Assembly: GCA_038249055.1 (NCBI GenBank)
Contig: JBBRWS010000003.1
Location: 24,374-88,373, forward strand
Direction of reading: 5' to 3'
Length of the DNA stretch: 64,000 nt
Origin: Minisyncoccia bacterium
GTDB taxonomy: Bacteria; Patescibacteriota; Minisyncoccia; Phycocordibacterales; UBA9973
The translations under genes and the position numbers were made by a program. Below are positions 30,360 through 40,720 of this stretch, piece by piece. Positions within the stretch are counted from its first letter, which is position 1. Each line of letters starts with the position of its first letter. The notes beneath the pieces are model-generated. The model was given only the letters and a program-made list of their open reading frames with translations, had not been told where the DNA came from and ran no database searches.

Positions 30360-30484
30360 TTATTTGAATTACTTTAAATTCCATATAGAAATACAAAGTA
30401 ATTCAAATAAGTCACGACTTAAAAAAACTTTATCAAAGAACTGATACTGCCTAATAGTCTGACATAAATGCATGGCTTTGTCAA
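30360..30484 (-). promoter_or_regulatory. Conserved leader copy 3
   Basis: TTGACA at 30484-30479, GTTCTTTGATAAA, 16-bp stem 30360-30375/30395-30410. Confidence 0.8.
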
Positions 30485-30606
30485 TTTACAATCAGATAAC
30501 TAAAAGGAAACGTGTCTAAGTACATTTCCAATTATATTTTTTATTCAAATAACTAACCACATATAAACAATCGAATAATTGTTTAAATTTTGATATAATC
30601 AACTAT

Positions 30607-31083
30607 ATGAAAAAATTCTATATAATTATCATCGTGGTGGCCTTGGGTTATGGTGGATACTGGTATATCAATCACCAATCAGAAACAAAAGATTTTATAA
30701 ATAATGTTATCGACACAAAAAATAATGTCGTAAACAAAACTAATGCGGAAATTGATTCACTTATAAAAAGTGCCGTGAGCGGAGTTAACACAATCAGCCC
30801 ATTATATTATCTTCAAAATAGAAATTATGGAATATCAGCAACTGAAAACATTTGTTTAAATACTGAATCAAAAGGTAGTATAGGTGGCGTTATTTCTGGT
30901 ATCCAAAAACTCACAAAGGCAGTTACTTGCACAGTTGATCCAGACTTCCCTTCAAAGAGCTTTACTCTTATTGCTCCGTCATTAATAGATAAGGAAATAT
31001 CTTACTGTACAGACCAGTCAGGATTTTCTGTAATTAATACGGTATCAATGAATACATTTAAGGCGGGATTTAAATGTAAATAA
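30607..31083 (+). CDS. Hypothetical membrane-anchored protein, pilin-like C-terminus
   Basis: N-terminal TM; C-terminal Cys pattern YCTDQSG...C. Confidence 0.6.
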   Translation: MKKFYIIIIVVALGYGGYWYINHQSETKDFINNVIDTKNNVVNKTNAEIDSLIKSAVSGVNTISPLYYLQNRNYGISATENICLNTESKGSIGGVISGIQKLTKAVTCTVDPDFPSKSFTLIAPSLIDKEISYCTDQSGFSVINTVSMNTFKAGFKCK

Positions 31084-31215
31084 AAACATCTTTAGATATA
31101 CTAAACATCGATTTTCCGCCAATATTTTTGAGTATTTTAATGATATTTAATTAATAAAAATTAAGAATAGTTTAAACATAAATCAATGAAAATACATTGA
31201 CTTTTAAGCATTTTT

Positions 31216-31902
31216 GTGATATTATATATAGATATGATACAAATGTTAATAATAAATATGCTTTATAATGAGCCTATATTTTCCAAGGTAAATAACGCTA
31301 TTTCTGCGCCATTAATAATACAATCACAAACTACTGTTGACCCGTCCATAGAACCCACAATAGAACCAATAACAATGCCATACGACGTTCCCCTATTTTC
31401 ACAAATCAGTGATATTTCATCTGTTAATTGGAAACAAAAAGGATGTGGGGTAGCAGATATTGCTATGCTTATAGAATTTTATAAACCAAATACCACTACA
31501 GTTCAAAAGGTTCTTGAAGAGGGCCTAGCATCAGGCGCTTATCTAAAAAATGTTGGTTGGAAACATGACGGACTAGCAAAACTTGCAACAAAATACGATT
31601 TAATTGGTAAAACCCATGATTTTTCAAAATCTGACAAAATTACTGCATTAATTCAATTAAAAGATATTATAAAAGAAGGACCAGCTATCGCATCAATACG
31701 TCGTGGATTTAATCCTACAAGCTCATTCGGTCACCTTATCGTTGTAACTGGTTTTGATGATAAATTAGTTTACTACAATGATCCAGGGAAAAAAGAAGGA
31801 ATAAGAAATGTTCCAATCAGTGAATTTATGAATGGATGGAAAAAAAGACTCATTGTTGTGAGACCACCAGCAACAAAAATACAAATAGCAAAAGTTGGTT
31901 AA
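31216..31902 (+). CDS. C39-like cysteine peptidase
   Basis: VPLFSQ, GCGVAD.AM, GHLIVVTGFD, YYNDP. Confidence 0.85.
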   Translation: MILYIDMIQMLIINMLYNEPIFSKVNNAISAPLIIQSQTTVDPSIEPTIEPITMPYDVPLFSQISDISSVNWKQKGCGVADIAMLIEFYKPNTTTVQKVLEEGLASGAYLKNVGWKHDGLAKLATKYDLIGKTHDFSKSDKITALIQLKDIIKEGPAIASIRRGFNPTSSFGHLIVVTGFDDKLVYYNDPGKKEGIRNVPISEFMNGWKKRLIVVRPPATKIQIAKVG

Positions 31903-33800
31903 TAATATGAAGTTCCAACTAGGCATACCTTTTGCCATGGTTTATAAACACTTCTAAAATTTCTCTCTTTAGTTGTCCCATCTGCATAATTTACGGTATA
32001 TAATACATCTGTAGTTACTCCATCATGAGGAGCTTCAAAACATTTTGTTGTGCCGATTCTATAATCTGCGCTATTTATATATTTTGTTGGCGGGGCTGGT
32101 ATTTTATTATATAAATTTGGTTTTGAAACCGTAGCAGAACGTCCATCATTTTGACCGTATAATTCCATTATTACTTCCTTGTTCTCTACTCTAGCCTGCA
32201 ACAAAAGATAACCTTCTGTATCATTCACAAAACGAAGATCTGGGTGCGGTCCGTAGATAGTAGCATCCAAACCTGGTGGGTTGTAATAGTTAATAACAAA
32301 TCTATGATTTTGCCTTTCTGTAATTGAAAGACCTGCATTGAGAGCTAATCGAAACAAAGTAGTAGAAACCTGGCACAGACCTCCACCGTACTCTTTTGTT
32401 GTTTTATTTTCCTTAATAACCATCTCTTTAACATAACCTTCTTTTTCTGTTACGCGACCAATAGAATTAACAGTGGAAAATTCTTCACCTGGAGCTATTA
32501 AAATACCAGTAATAACAGAAACTCCTGTTTTTATATTATGTTCTCTGTCATTACTGCTTCCTTTAAAACTGGTACGCACTTCACCGACTAAATCACGTAT
32601 TCTATATTTTTCAACTGTTTTTTGAGTAACTTTTGGTTCCACTTCAATAACTTCTAATGGTATTGTTATTGTGCCAATTTTATTATTTAAATCTGGCTGA
32701 GAATCAAAAATTATTTTTTCTATCTGCTCATCTACTTTATTGATATCTACAACATTACCAGAAGCCCCCTTTACTATTTCAACCAATCTACCATCGCTCA
32801 TTTTAAATCGACTGTTTTTAGGAGGACTAACAATATACTTTGAAATTGTACTTGAAAAGTAATTTTCTAATTTATTACGGTCAATCCCAATACCTCCATC
32901 TTCTTTGACAGTTAGCCATGCAACAAGCTTTGATCCACTCATCTTCCAAGTGCGTTGTTTATATTTAAATATTAGATTGGTTTCTTTTGCAAATTTTTCA
33001 GAAAAAGACATAAACGGAATAAGATTGTCTTTTGTTATTTTTGGTAAATCAATATCAGCTTTTATATTTAAAGTATTATTATCAAACTGAGCTAATTTCT
33101 TTTCTATGATATTTATAATTTCTTCATTATTAATCTTTTCTCCTGCAATTTCGTCTGAAATTAAAATTTCGTTATTAACCAAAGAAAATTCAGCCATTAC
33201 ACTTTCCTTTAAAAACCCATATAACTCATTTTCAAATAAAAAATTTATATTATCTTTAAAGACAATCGTTGAAAAATAAAAATCCTTTTTTGTAAACAAC
33301 AATACAAACTGTTCTTTAAAACGAATAAAAACATTACCCTCGTGACCATAACTATAAGCTTTGTTTAAATCATTTTCCCATCCATTTGTATTAAAATACT
33401 CTATTGAATTATCTGATGTTAACCCAGTAGATAGTGCTGGTATATTTACTTCTCTTATTCCTTTTATTCCTTCAAAATTTATATCCAATCCATTATTTTG
33501 TAGATTATCTGCTTTCTGTTTAAAATGCTCAAATGCTTCATCATAAGTTTGACCACCAACTGATACACCAGCAACATGCACACCAGGATAAAATTTATTA
33601 TCATGTTTTATTTCAAAATCAACAACAGCCCATATTCCAAATATAATAGGAATAAATACAAAAAATAAACCCGAAAGAGAAAGCCCAAAAATAATAGGTC
33701 TTGGAATATTATCTTTTTGGTTATTTGTAATATTTCCACGTCTTTTATTTTTAAGATGACGCTTTTTATTCAAATATTTATGTAAGGTATGTTTAAACAC
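31899..33800 (-). CDS. VanW family protein (PG-binding-4 + VanW + G5-like)
   Basis: YPGVHVAGVSVGG, R.HNI, GGGLCQVSTTLFR, GLDATIY, DLRFVNDT. Confidence 0.9.
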   Translation of the reverse strand: MFKHTLHKYLNKKRHLKNKRRGNITNNQKDNIPRPIIFGLSLSGLFFVFIPIIFGIWAVVDFEIKHDNKFYPGVHVAGVSVGGQTYDEAFEHFKQKADNLQNNGLDINFEGIKGIREVNIPALSTGLTSDNSIEYFNTNGWENDLNKAYSYGHEGNVFIRFKEQFVLLFTKKDFYFSTIVFKDNINFLFENELYGFLKESVMAEFSLVNNEILISDEIAGEKINNEEIINIIEKKLAQFDNNTLNIKADIDLPKITKDNLIPFMSFSEKFAKETNLIFKYKQRTWKMSGSKLVAWLTVKEDGGIGIDRNKLENYFSSTISKYIVSPPKNSRFKMSDGRLVEIVKGASGNVVDINKVDEQIEKIIFDSQPDLNNKIGTITIPLEVIEVEPKVTQKTVEKYRIRDLVGEVRTSFKGSSNDREHNIKTGVSVITGILIAPGEEFSTVNSIGRVTEKEGYVKEMVIKENKTTKEYGGGLCQVSTTLFRLALNAGLSITERQNHRFVINYYNPPGLDATIYGPHPDLRFVNDTEGYLLLQARVENKEVIMELYGQNDGRSATVSKPNLYNKIPAPPTKYINSADYRIGTTKCFEAPHDGVTTDVLYTVNYADGTTKERNFRSVYKPWQKVCLVGTSYY

Positions 33801-33851
33801 ATACTTATTATAAAACTTTATAAATAAATTTACTATTAATTTAATAATTAT

Positions 33852-34967
33852 TTAGTTAAAAGGGATTTTCAAAATAAATCGTGTTCCACCAGTAACATGT
33901 TGGTAGTTAATATCCCCTCCGTGAGCTCTTGCAATTAATCTTGCACTATACAAACCTATACCAGTACCGTTTTTCTTTGAACTGATAAATTTTTTAAATA
34001 ACTTTTTTTGAATTTCTTTAGAAATTTCTCCGGTGTTATAAAAACTCAAACAAAGACCATTATCTTCGTACACATTTACTATGATTTTATCATCATCTTT
34101 AGTTGAAGCATCAACGGCATTATGAAGAAGGTTGTTTATTAATGAATCAAAAAGAACTTCATCTATTAAAATTAATTTCTGCATTAAATCAGCATTCGAG
34201 GGTTTATTTTCTAAATCTTTCAACGAAACATGTATTTTATTACTCTTCTTTATTTCTGAAAAATTTCTTTTTATTTCATTGATTATCTCAACTACCGTTT
34301 TAAGATTTTTACCTAAAATATCCTGCCCTCTTTCAATTTTAGCTAAAGCCAAATAACTTTCCATCATTTTTAACATTTTTTTACCTGTAGTATTTATTAT
34401 GGTTGAAAATTTTATAATTTCTTCTCTTGATAATTCTTCTTCTAAAAGATAACTCGAATAACCAATAATAATAGCAAGGGGGCTACGTAGGTCATGGTTT
34501 AATGTATTTATATAATTTTCAAGTGCATGTTCTATTTCTTTGCGTTTTGTTATATCAGTATGAGTTCCAAACATTATCAATGGTTTTCCATCTTCTGTTC
34601 TGGCTGTGATACAACCACGTTCACAAATCCAAACATAATGACCTTTTTTATGTTTAACTCTAATTTCATGTTTATAATATGGTAATTCACCGCTAAAGTG
34701 CTTATTAATTAATTCTTTAGATTTAATAAAATCATCCGGATGAGTGATATTTTCTAAAACTGTAGCATTAATCAATCCTAATTCATTTAAATTATAACCT
34801 ATAATTTGTGCCCACTTATCACTAAAAACCATTTCACCTGTTTGGATATTCCATTTCCAAGTGCCTACGTCTGTTTTTTCAATTATTTTTCTTATTTGTG
34901 AATGTGTATCGTCAAATTTTTGTGTTAATTCTTTATATTTTATATTATTTAATTTATCCTCTTCCAT
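33852..34967 (-). CDS. Soluble PAS-domain histidine kinase
   Basis: GTWKWNI, HPDD, GTHTDIT.RK, HDLRSPL, NLLHNA, GTGIGL. Confidence 0.9.
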   Translation of the reverse strand: MEEDKLNNIKYKELTQKFDDTHSQIRKIIEKTDVGTWKWNIQTGEMVFSDKWAQIIGYNLNELGLINATVLENITHPDDFIKSKELINKHFSGELPYYKHEIRVKHKKGHYVWICERGCITARTEDGKPLIMFGTHTDITKRKEIEHALENYINTLNHDLRSPLAIIIGYSSYLLEEELSREEIIKFSTIINTTGKKMLKMMESYLALAKIERGQDILGKNLKTVVEIINEIKRNFSEIKKSNKIHVSLKDLENKPSNADLMQKLILIDEVLFDSLINNLLHNAVDASTKDDDKIIVNVYEDNGLCLSFYNTGEISKEIQKKLFKKFISSKKNGTGIGLYSARLIARAHGGDINYQHVTGGTRFILKIPFN

Positions 34968-35105
34968 TTTTTAGTATATTATTTTAATTAATTTATTTAT
35001 TTTGGCTCGGTCTTTAAAAATAACATATTAATTTTTACTAATCAATAAAAAACACCATAAGACCATGCATTTGACTGAAATAAAAATAAATATTATTAAA
35101 AAAAT

Positions 35106-35155
35106 TTTATTCTAAAAAACCGTCTATATAATATAGACGGTTTTTTAGAATAAAA
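35106..35155 (-). terminator. Long palindromic terminator
   Basis: TTTATTCTAAAAAACCGTCTAT...ATAGACGGTTTTTTAGAATAAA. Confidence 0.75.
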
Positions 35156-35160
35156 TAATA

Positions 35161-35916
35161 CTACTTATTAAATAATTTTACTAACCAACCCAATAAACTA
35201 ATTTTATTTTCATTTTCTCTAAGAAAATCACTAATCTTTTGTTGTTCTTGTTCTAATACTTGAACTTGCATTTGAATAGATGTTTTATTTTCTATATTTA
35301 CTGTTTGATCTAATATTCCTTTTAATTGATTTATATGATTTTCTGTTTTAACCATTTCACTTCGTAATTGACCAACATTTTTATAGTCAGTACCAATAAA
35401 GAATGTCTTGAATCCACTTCTATTTTTAATTTTGTCTATTGCGGAAGCCACATTTTCTTTTGATTCATTTTGTTGCTGTGCTATTACTCTCACTTGTTCT
35501 CCGATACCACCCTGTTCTCTATCTGCTACATCCAAAAGATTTTTAACAAATGTCGATACTGCACTTCTGTGCTCTTCTCCATTTAGCATGTTATTATCAT
35601 CATTATCGTCAGTTTGACTCTCTTCAATTTTATTAATATCATCATTTTCATTAGTATCTTCTTGATCATCATCCATGTTATTTTGATCTTCATTTTCATT
35701 AATATTTACCTCGTTCTCATTAGTTACATTTTGATTTTCGTTTACATTGTTTTGTTCATCTTGTACTTCAGTTTGGTTACCATTTACGTTAACTCGATCG
35801 ACATTAACATCAACTTGATTTTTAATTTCTGCTTCTGCAAACACGACAGACTGCCCAAAAATAACACCTAAAACTAAAGAAACTATGAACAATTGACTTA
35901 TTTTAATTATTTTCAT
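35161..35916 (-). CDS. Secreted hypothetical protein, Asn/Asp-rich linker and coiled coil
   Basis: Signal peptide VFA; EHRSAVS.FV..LL.VADR..GIGEQVR; FFIGTDYKN.GQLRSE. Confidence 0.8.
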   Translation of the reverse strand: MKIIKISQLFIVSLVLGVIFGQSVVFAEAEIKNQVDVNVDRVNVNGNQTEVQDEQNNVNENQNVTNENEVNINENEDQNNMDDDQEDTNENDDINKIEESQTDDNDDNNMLNGEEHRSAVSTFVKNLLDVADREQGGIGEQVRVIAQQQNESKENVASAIDKIKNRSGFKTFFIGTDYKNVGQLRSEMVKTENHINQLKGILDQTVNIENKTSIQMQVQVLEQEQQKISDFLRENENKISLLGWLVKLFNK

Positions 35917-36101
35917 ATTTTATATATTTAAATTAATAATAGATTTTAACCTAATAGAGACTCTAGTTCTTCGCCTTTTTATTATATCACAATGTAAAAT
36001 AATAAATATAACCTTAAAAGCCAATATTAAATATAATGATACAATTAATACCATTAAAATTTTACTTTTTTAAATTAAAATAAGGTGTATACTTTAAATA
36101 T

Positions 36102-37172
36102 ATGAGAATACTAGATGACGTAAAATTAGACTATCAGGATGTATTATTAAGACCCAAAAGAAGCACTTTGGAGTCAAGAAAAGATGTTTTAATAGAAAGG
36201 ACTTTTACTTTTTATCATTCTCCAAAAGAATGGACCGGCGTTCCTATAATGACCGCAAATATGGCAACTTGTGGAACTTTTGAAATGGCACGGATTTTTT
36301 CTGAATACAAGATGATAACAACTTTTCATAAATATTATTCCGTTTTAGATTATGAAAAATTTTTTAAGACTTTTAATAATCCAGATTATATTTGCTATAC
36401 ATCTGGAATACGGGAACAAGATATAAAACAATTAAAATTAATGAAAAATAAAGGATTACTTGAAAAATTTTCTTTTATTTGTTTAGACGTTCCAAATGGA
36501 TACTTGCAAACTTTTTTGGATGCAATTAAAAATGTTCGCAAAATGTGCCCTAGTCATATTATTATTGCCGGAAATGTAGTTACAAATGAAATTACTGAAG
36601 AAATCATATTAGCAGGCGCAGACATTGTAAAAATTGGAATTGGTCCTGGTGCAGCATGTACAACAAGAAAAATGACGGGTGTTGGTTATCCCCAACTCTC
36701 TGCTGTGATAGAATGTGCAGATTCTGCTCATGGAATAGCCAATGAAAAAGGTGTCGGGAGAATAATTGCAGATGGTGGACAACAATATACTTCAGATATA
36801 GCTAAAGCCTTTTGTGGAGGAGCAGATTTTAATATGTGTGGTTCATTATTTTCAGGCTTTGAACAAAGTGCGGGTAAAACAATTATTAAAGATAGTAAAA
36901 AGTTTAAAGAATATTTTGGATCGTCTTCAAATAAAGCAATGGAAGAATTTTATGGAAAAAAAGAAAAACATAGAGCAAGTGAAGGAAGGTACACGCTTAT
37001 TCCCCACAAAGGAGACATTCAAGATTTCATCCAAGACTTACTCGGGTCATTGCGAAGTACGGCAACATACATTGGAGCAAGACAGTTAAAAGAATTTCCA
37101 AAAAGAGCTACATTTATAAAAGTAAACAGACAACTTACTTCATATCTAGAAAAATATGATACCGGGGAGTAA
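36102..37172 (+). CDS. guaC: GMP reductase
   Basis: KLDYQDVLLRPKRSTL.SR, KIGIGPGAACTTR..TGVGYPQLSAV, RASEG. Confidence 0.95.
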   Translation: MRILDDVKLDYQDVLLRPKRSTLESRKDVLIERTFTFYHSPKEWTGVPIMTANMATCGTFEMARIFSEYKMITTFHKYYSVLDYEKFFKTFNNPDYICYTSGIREQDIKQLKLMKNKGLLEKFSFICLDVPNGYLQTFLDAIKNVRKMCPSHIIIAGNVVTNEITEEIILAGADIVKIGIGPGAACTTRKMTGVGYPQLSAVIECADSAHGIANEKGVGRIIADGGQQYTSDIAKAFCGGADFNMCGSLFSGFEQSAGKTIIKDSKKFKEYFGSSSNKAMEEFYGKKEKHRASEGRYTLIPHKGDIQDFIQDLLGSLRSTATYIGARQLKEFPKRATFIKVNRQLTSYLEKYDTGE

Positions 37173-37184
37173 ATTATGCCATTT

Positions 37185-37222
37185 AAAAACCTTATATAGA
37201 TATTTATCTACATAAGGTTTTT
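37185..37222. terminator. Bidirectional terminator
   Basis: AAAAACCTTAT.TAGATA...TATCTA.ATAAGGTTTTT between convergent guaC and hpt. Confidence 0.7.
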
Positions 37223-37242
37223 TGATTACAATAATTAGTTAG

Positions 37243-37812
37243 TTAAATTAATTTAATATAAATGCCCCTTAAACCACGATACATAAAATCAGAATCCATC
37301 CCAAAACCAATTAACCATTCAGGACCAACATTGTTTAGTATCCAATATTTAATGTCAAAATCTAATATTTTGTGTGCCTTTTTAACAACAAGAACACAAT
37401 ATTCAATTGATTTTACATTTTTGTTTTTTAAATATTCATTTAAAAACTCAAGTGTAATTCCTTCATCAACAATATCTTCAATAACAATTATGGCTCTATT
37501 CGAAAGATCAATAGTAGGTTCACTGGTAATTTTTACATCACTTAAGGCCTGAGCATCTCCTATATACCTTTTTATTCTTACTGTATCAATACTATGAGAA
37601 AAACCAAGGTCTTGTAATACCATCGATAAAGATGTCCCAAAATACATTCCCCCATTTGTAACAACTAATAAAACAGGGGGTAAAGAGTCACAATAATCGA
37701 TTGAGATTTTTTTTGCAATTTTCTTAATCTTTAATTGAAGTTCGCTAGGGCTTAAAAGAATTGTATAATCAAAGCCCCCAATCTTAATTATATTTTCCTT
37801 CTTAATTTTCAT
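37243..37812 (-). CDS. hpt: Hypoxanthine/guanine phosphoribosyltransferase
   Basis: IIVIEDIVDEGITL PRPP motif; WLIGFGMD...YRGL. Confidence 0.85.
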   Translation of the reverse strand: MKIKKENIIKIGGFDYTILLSPSELQLKIKKIAKKISIDYCDSLPPVLLVVTNGGMYFGTSLSMVLQDLGFSHSIDTVRIKRYIGDAQALSDVKITSEPTIDLSNRAIIVIEDIVDEGITLEFLNEYLKNKNVKSIEYCVLVVKKAHKILDFDIKYWILNNVGPEWLIGFGMDSDFMYRGLRGIYIKLI

Positions 37813-37932
37813 AATTATTTATGGATTTTAGATTATATTTCATTTTAATTAACATTATTACTAATTTTAAATATTGTCAATTTTATTATTTTAAAATTAA
37901 AATACGCTTTTTTTATAGTGAATAATTTATTT

Positions 37933-38859
37933 CTAATTTATTATAAATAACTGATCCTTTAACATCTGTTCTTTTTCTATTTTTAGTAAACTATTTTTTA
38001 CTATTTCATTAATTTCATTTTTTGGTACCTTTACCGCCTCTCGGTTTATTGGTAAATCTTTCCAAGGAGGATTATTATTAAAATCGTATAAACCATAAAT
38101 AATAACAGGAGTACCACTTGCTAACATAGTTTGCCCATCTTCTGCCAAAATCCATTGTTCTCCCCAATTATATAACCACTCCGCATCTTTGGAATACAAG
38201 CGAACACAAGAGTGACTTGCGGGATATCCTGGTAATGCATACTGATGAAGAGCAATTCCCTCTTTATTACTAATATTAAAATTCCACTTTAAAATCCATT
38301 CATCACTAAATGTACTCGTTACTTCTTCTCCTTTCCAATTCATAAAATAAAGACCCGTGGGTGTTGGGGTTTTAAGCTTACCAGAGCTTACTGGACCACT
38401 TCTTATTAATTGTCCTTTTTCGTAAAAACCAAAGGCCTGTGTAGGTTGATAAATAATGACTAATTTTGGAATATTTTCTGCTCCCTCAATTAAATTTGGC
38501 ATAAATTCCCATAAATTTGGGTCATTAAATGATTTAGGAATTACAAGCGTCATACCTTTTAGAAGGTTTCTATCGTCAATTCGATTAATAGCTAGTACTG
38601 TAAATACATTTTCTATACCAACTATTTTTGTAAGCTCTCGTCCAGGATTGGTACTTAAAAGAGTAATAGTTTCAAATTTTTCTTCATTTAAATTCAATGA
38701 AACTATATCAATAGGTAAGATTGAAATTGATTCTTCTTCAACAATAAGCAACGGGCTAGGTTGATTAATAATAGGCACTTTTTTATCAGTTACTTTCCCT
38801 AGAAAAAATAATCCTCCCGTAATAAATACAGCAGCAAGTGCTATTATAATTTTATTCAC
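37933..38859 (-). CDS. L,D-transpeptidase (YkuD)
   Basis: SSGK..TPTPTG, LHQYALPGYPASHSCVRL; likely GTG start at 38859. Confidence 0.9.
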   Translation of the reverse strand: MNKIIIALAAVFITGGLFFLGKVTDKKVPIINQPSPLLIVEEESISILPIDIVSLNLNEEKFETITLLSTNPGRELTKIVGIENVFTVLAINRIDDRNLLKGMTLVIPKSFNDPNLWEFMPNLIEGAENIPKLVIIYQPTQAFGFYEKGQLIRSGPVSSGKLKTPTPTGLYFMNWKGEEVTSTFSDEWILKWNFNISNKEGIALHQYALPGYPASHSCVRLYSKDAEWLYNWGEQWILAEDGQTMLASGTPVIIYGLYDFNNNPPWKDLPINREAVKVPKNEINEIVKNSLLKIEKEQMLKDQLFIIN

Positions 38860-39109
38860 CTCGGTATTGTAACATACAAACAAGACTAATGCTTGAATTT
38901 GATATTGATTATAATTTTATGCATTTAATCATAAAAAAATACTTAAAATGCTATTTTTATTAATCTTTAAACTATTAAATATTTATTTAATAGTTTAAAG
39001 ATTAATTCTGTTGAATAATAATTAAATATGTTATAATTAAAAAGTGATCGACAAACGAGCATAAAGGTTTTAAAACTATTATTAATCTTAAAAAGAAATA
39101 TTAAAATAT

Positions 39110-39466
39110 ATGGATTCATCAAATTCAAACACAACAAAGCCGTTATACCGTGGAACACAAATTGTTTGGTATATTCTAGGTATTATTGAAGTAGTATTAG
39201 CATTTAGATTTGTTCTAAAGCTACTTGCAGCTAACCCTTCAGCAGGTTTTAGTAATCTAATTTATAGTATTAGTTATCCTCTCGCAACTCCATTTTTAAA
39301 TGTCTTTAAATTATCAAAAATCTCAGGAAGTATTTTTGAATGGACTACACTTTTAGCTATGATGGTATATTGGATAATTGCTTTAGGTATTATTAAATTA
39401 TTCTTTATGAGTAAGTCAGTATCTACTCCTGAGGCTGCAATAAAATTAGATAACGCAAATAAATAA
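39110..39466 (+). CDS. YggT-like membrane protein
   Basis: LAFRFVLKLLAANP..GFS..IY..S.PL..PF. Confidence 0.8.
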   Translation: MDSSNSNTTKPLYRGTQIVWYILGIIEVVLAFRFVLKLLAANPSAGFSNLIYSISYPLATPFLNVFKLSKISGSIFEWTTLLAMMVYWIIALGIIKLFFMSKSVSTPEAAIKLDNANK

Positions 39467-39472
39467 TACAAA

Positions 39473-39508
39473 AATAAAAAACCGTCTAATTTTAGACGGT
39501 TTTTTATT
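39473..39508. terminator. Bidirectional terminator
   Basis: AAAAAACCGTCTAA-TT-TTAGACGGTTTTTT; same stem core as 35106-35155. Confidence 0.75.
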
Positions 39509-39529
39509 TTTGTATATTCTATGTATAAC

Positions 39530-40414
39530 TTATTGTGTTATTTTTTGCTTCTTACTAATCCTTCCTAAAAATATTCCCAACAAGATAGCGGCGACTGCGG
39601 TAGCAAATAATTCTATAGTTTTATAATCTTTATTAGGACTAGCCTCTATTTTATTATTATCTATATTTAATATTTCTTCTTTTTCTAATTGTTTATCTGT
39701 ATTTATATAAACAAACAAACTTCCCTCGTGAGGGAGCAACGGGGAAGATGTTTTATATGAACTAATATAACCTTCATCTAATATTTTTATATCAGAAATT
39801 ACATGAAGAGATTCTAAAATATAACCACCTTCATAACAAAGACCCTTTCTTGAAAAAATTAATATAATTTTATCAGTTACGCCAGGTAAACTGTATCCAT
39901 CAACAATTAAAGGTTGATCAACATTACACCCTGAAAAAGGTATTTCGGCTTTTTTTACATTATCTTGAAAAACCGTTGCCATAAAATCTACTCCACATAA
40001 CCAAGGAGTATCTTCTGTACACTCCTTAACTTTTACAACATTGGTTTCTATCCGTATATTATTTTTTCTTAAATTTATTAACTTAGCAAAATCTAAATTT
40101 TCAACTATCAAATTAATCTTTTGTAAATAATCCTTGAAATAAAAATCACCATCAATGGCTGCTTGCTTTTCAGCATCATCGCAGGAATATAGCGTTGACA
40201 ATTCTCCATTAACCAAAGAAATACTTTTTAATTCTGAGGGACAACCTCTGCCACCTTGATCTGCTGAAAGAAAATAAACCAATTTTGTTATTGGGTTATA
40301 TTTTAAATCATAAACAACATATGGACCACCTGTCGTTGCTTCTACCCTATTAAAAAACAAAGAGAAAACTATTATTAATATGGACACGCCTTGAATCAAG
40401 AAATTTTTTTTCAT
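39530..40414 (-). CDS. Hypothetical secreted protein with C-terminal TM
   Basis: Signal peptide VEA, several Cys, C-terminal hydrophobic anchor. Confidence 0.75.
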   Translation of the reverse strand: MKKNFLIQGVSILIIVFSLFFNRVEATTGGPYVVYDLKYNPITKLVYFLSADQGGRGCPSELKSISLVNGELSTLYSCDDAEKQAAIDGDFYFKDYLQKINLIVENLDFAKLINLRKNNIRIETNVVKVKECTEDTPWLCGVDFMATVFQDNVKKAEIPFSGCNVDQPLIVDGYSLPGVTDKIILIFSRKGLCYEGGYILESLHVISDIKILDEGYISSYKTSSPLLPHEGSLFVYINTDKQLEKEEILNIDNNKIEASPNKDYKTIELFATAVAAILLGIFLGRISKKQKITQ

Positions 40415-40433
40415 CTTAAAATTATAACATAAA

Positions 40434-40664
40434 TTATTTCTTTTTTATTACAATAGAATATTTAATAAGAAGAATAATTAGAACTAATATAATTGCAATT
40501 ACTGGGGCAATAATAGACCCTATTACTACATAAGTTAAAGGGATTTCAGCCATAACATTTTCCTTTTCACTTTTTACAATAACTTTTCTTTTATTACCCT
40601 CGTGGAATAATTCTTTAATTTTTCTCACTAAATCTTTACCATTTATTTTAAATTCCTCTTGCAT
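40434..40664 (-). CDS. DUF4342 family protein
   Basis: EEFKING..LV..IKEL.HEGN.R.VIVK...EIPLT. Confidence 0.8.
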   Translation of the reverse strand: MQEEFKINGKDLVRKIKELFHEGNKRKVIVKSEKENVMAEIPLTYVVIGSIIAPVIAIILVLIILLIKYSIVIKKK

Positions 40665-40720
40665 AAATTTAATTTTATTGTTAATTATAATTATTTTTTA
40701 TATTTAAAATTTGAAATAAA

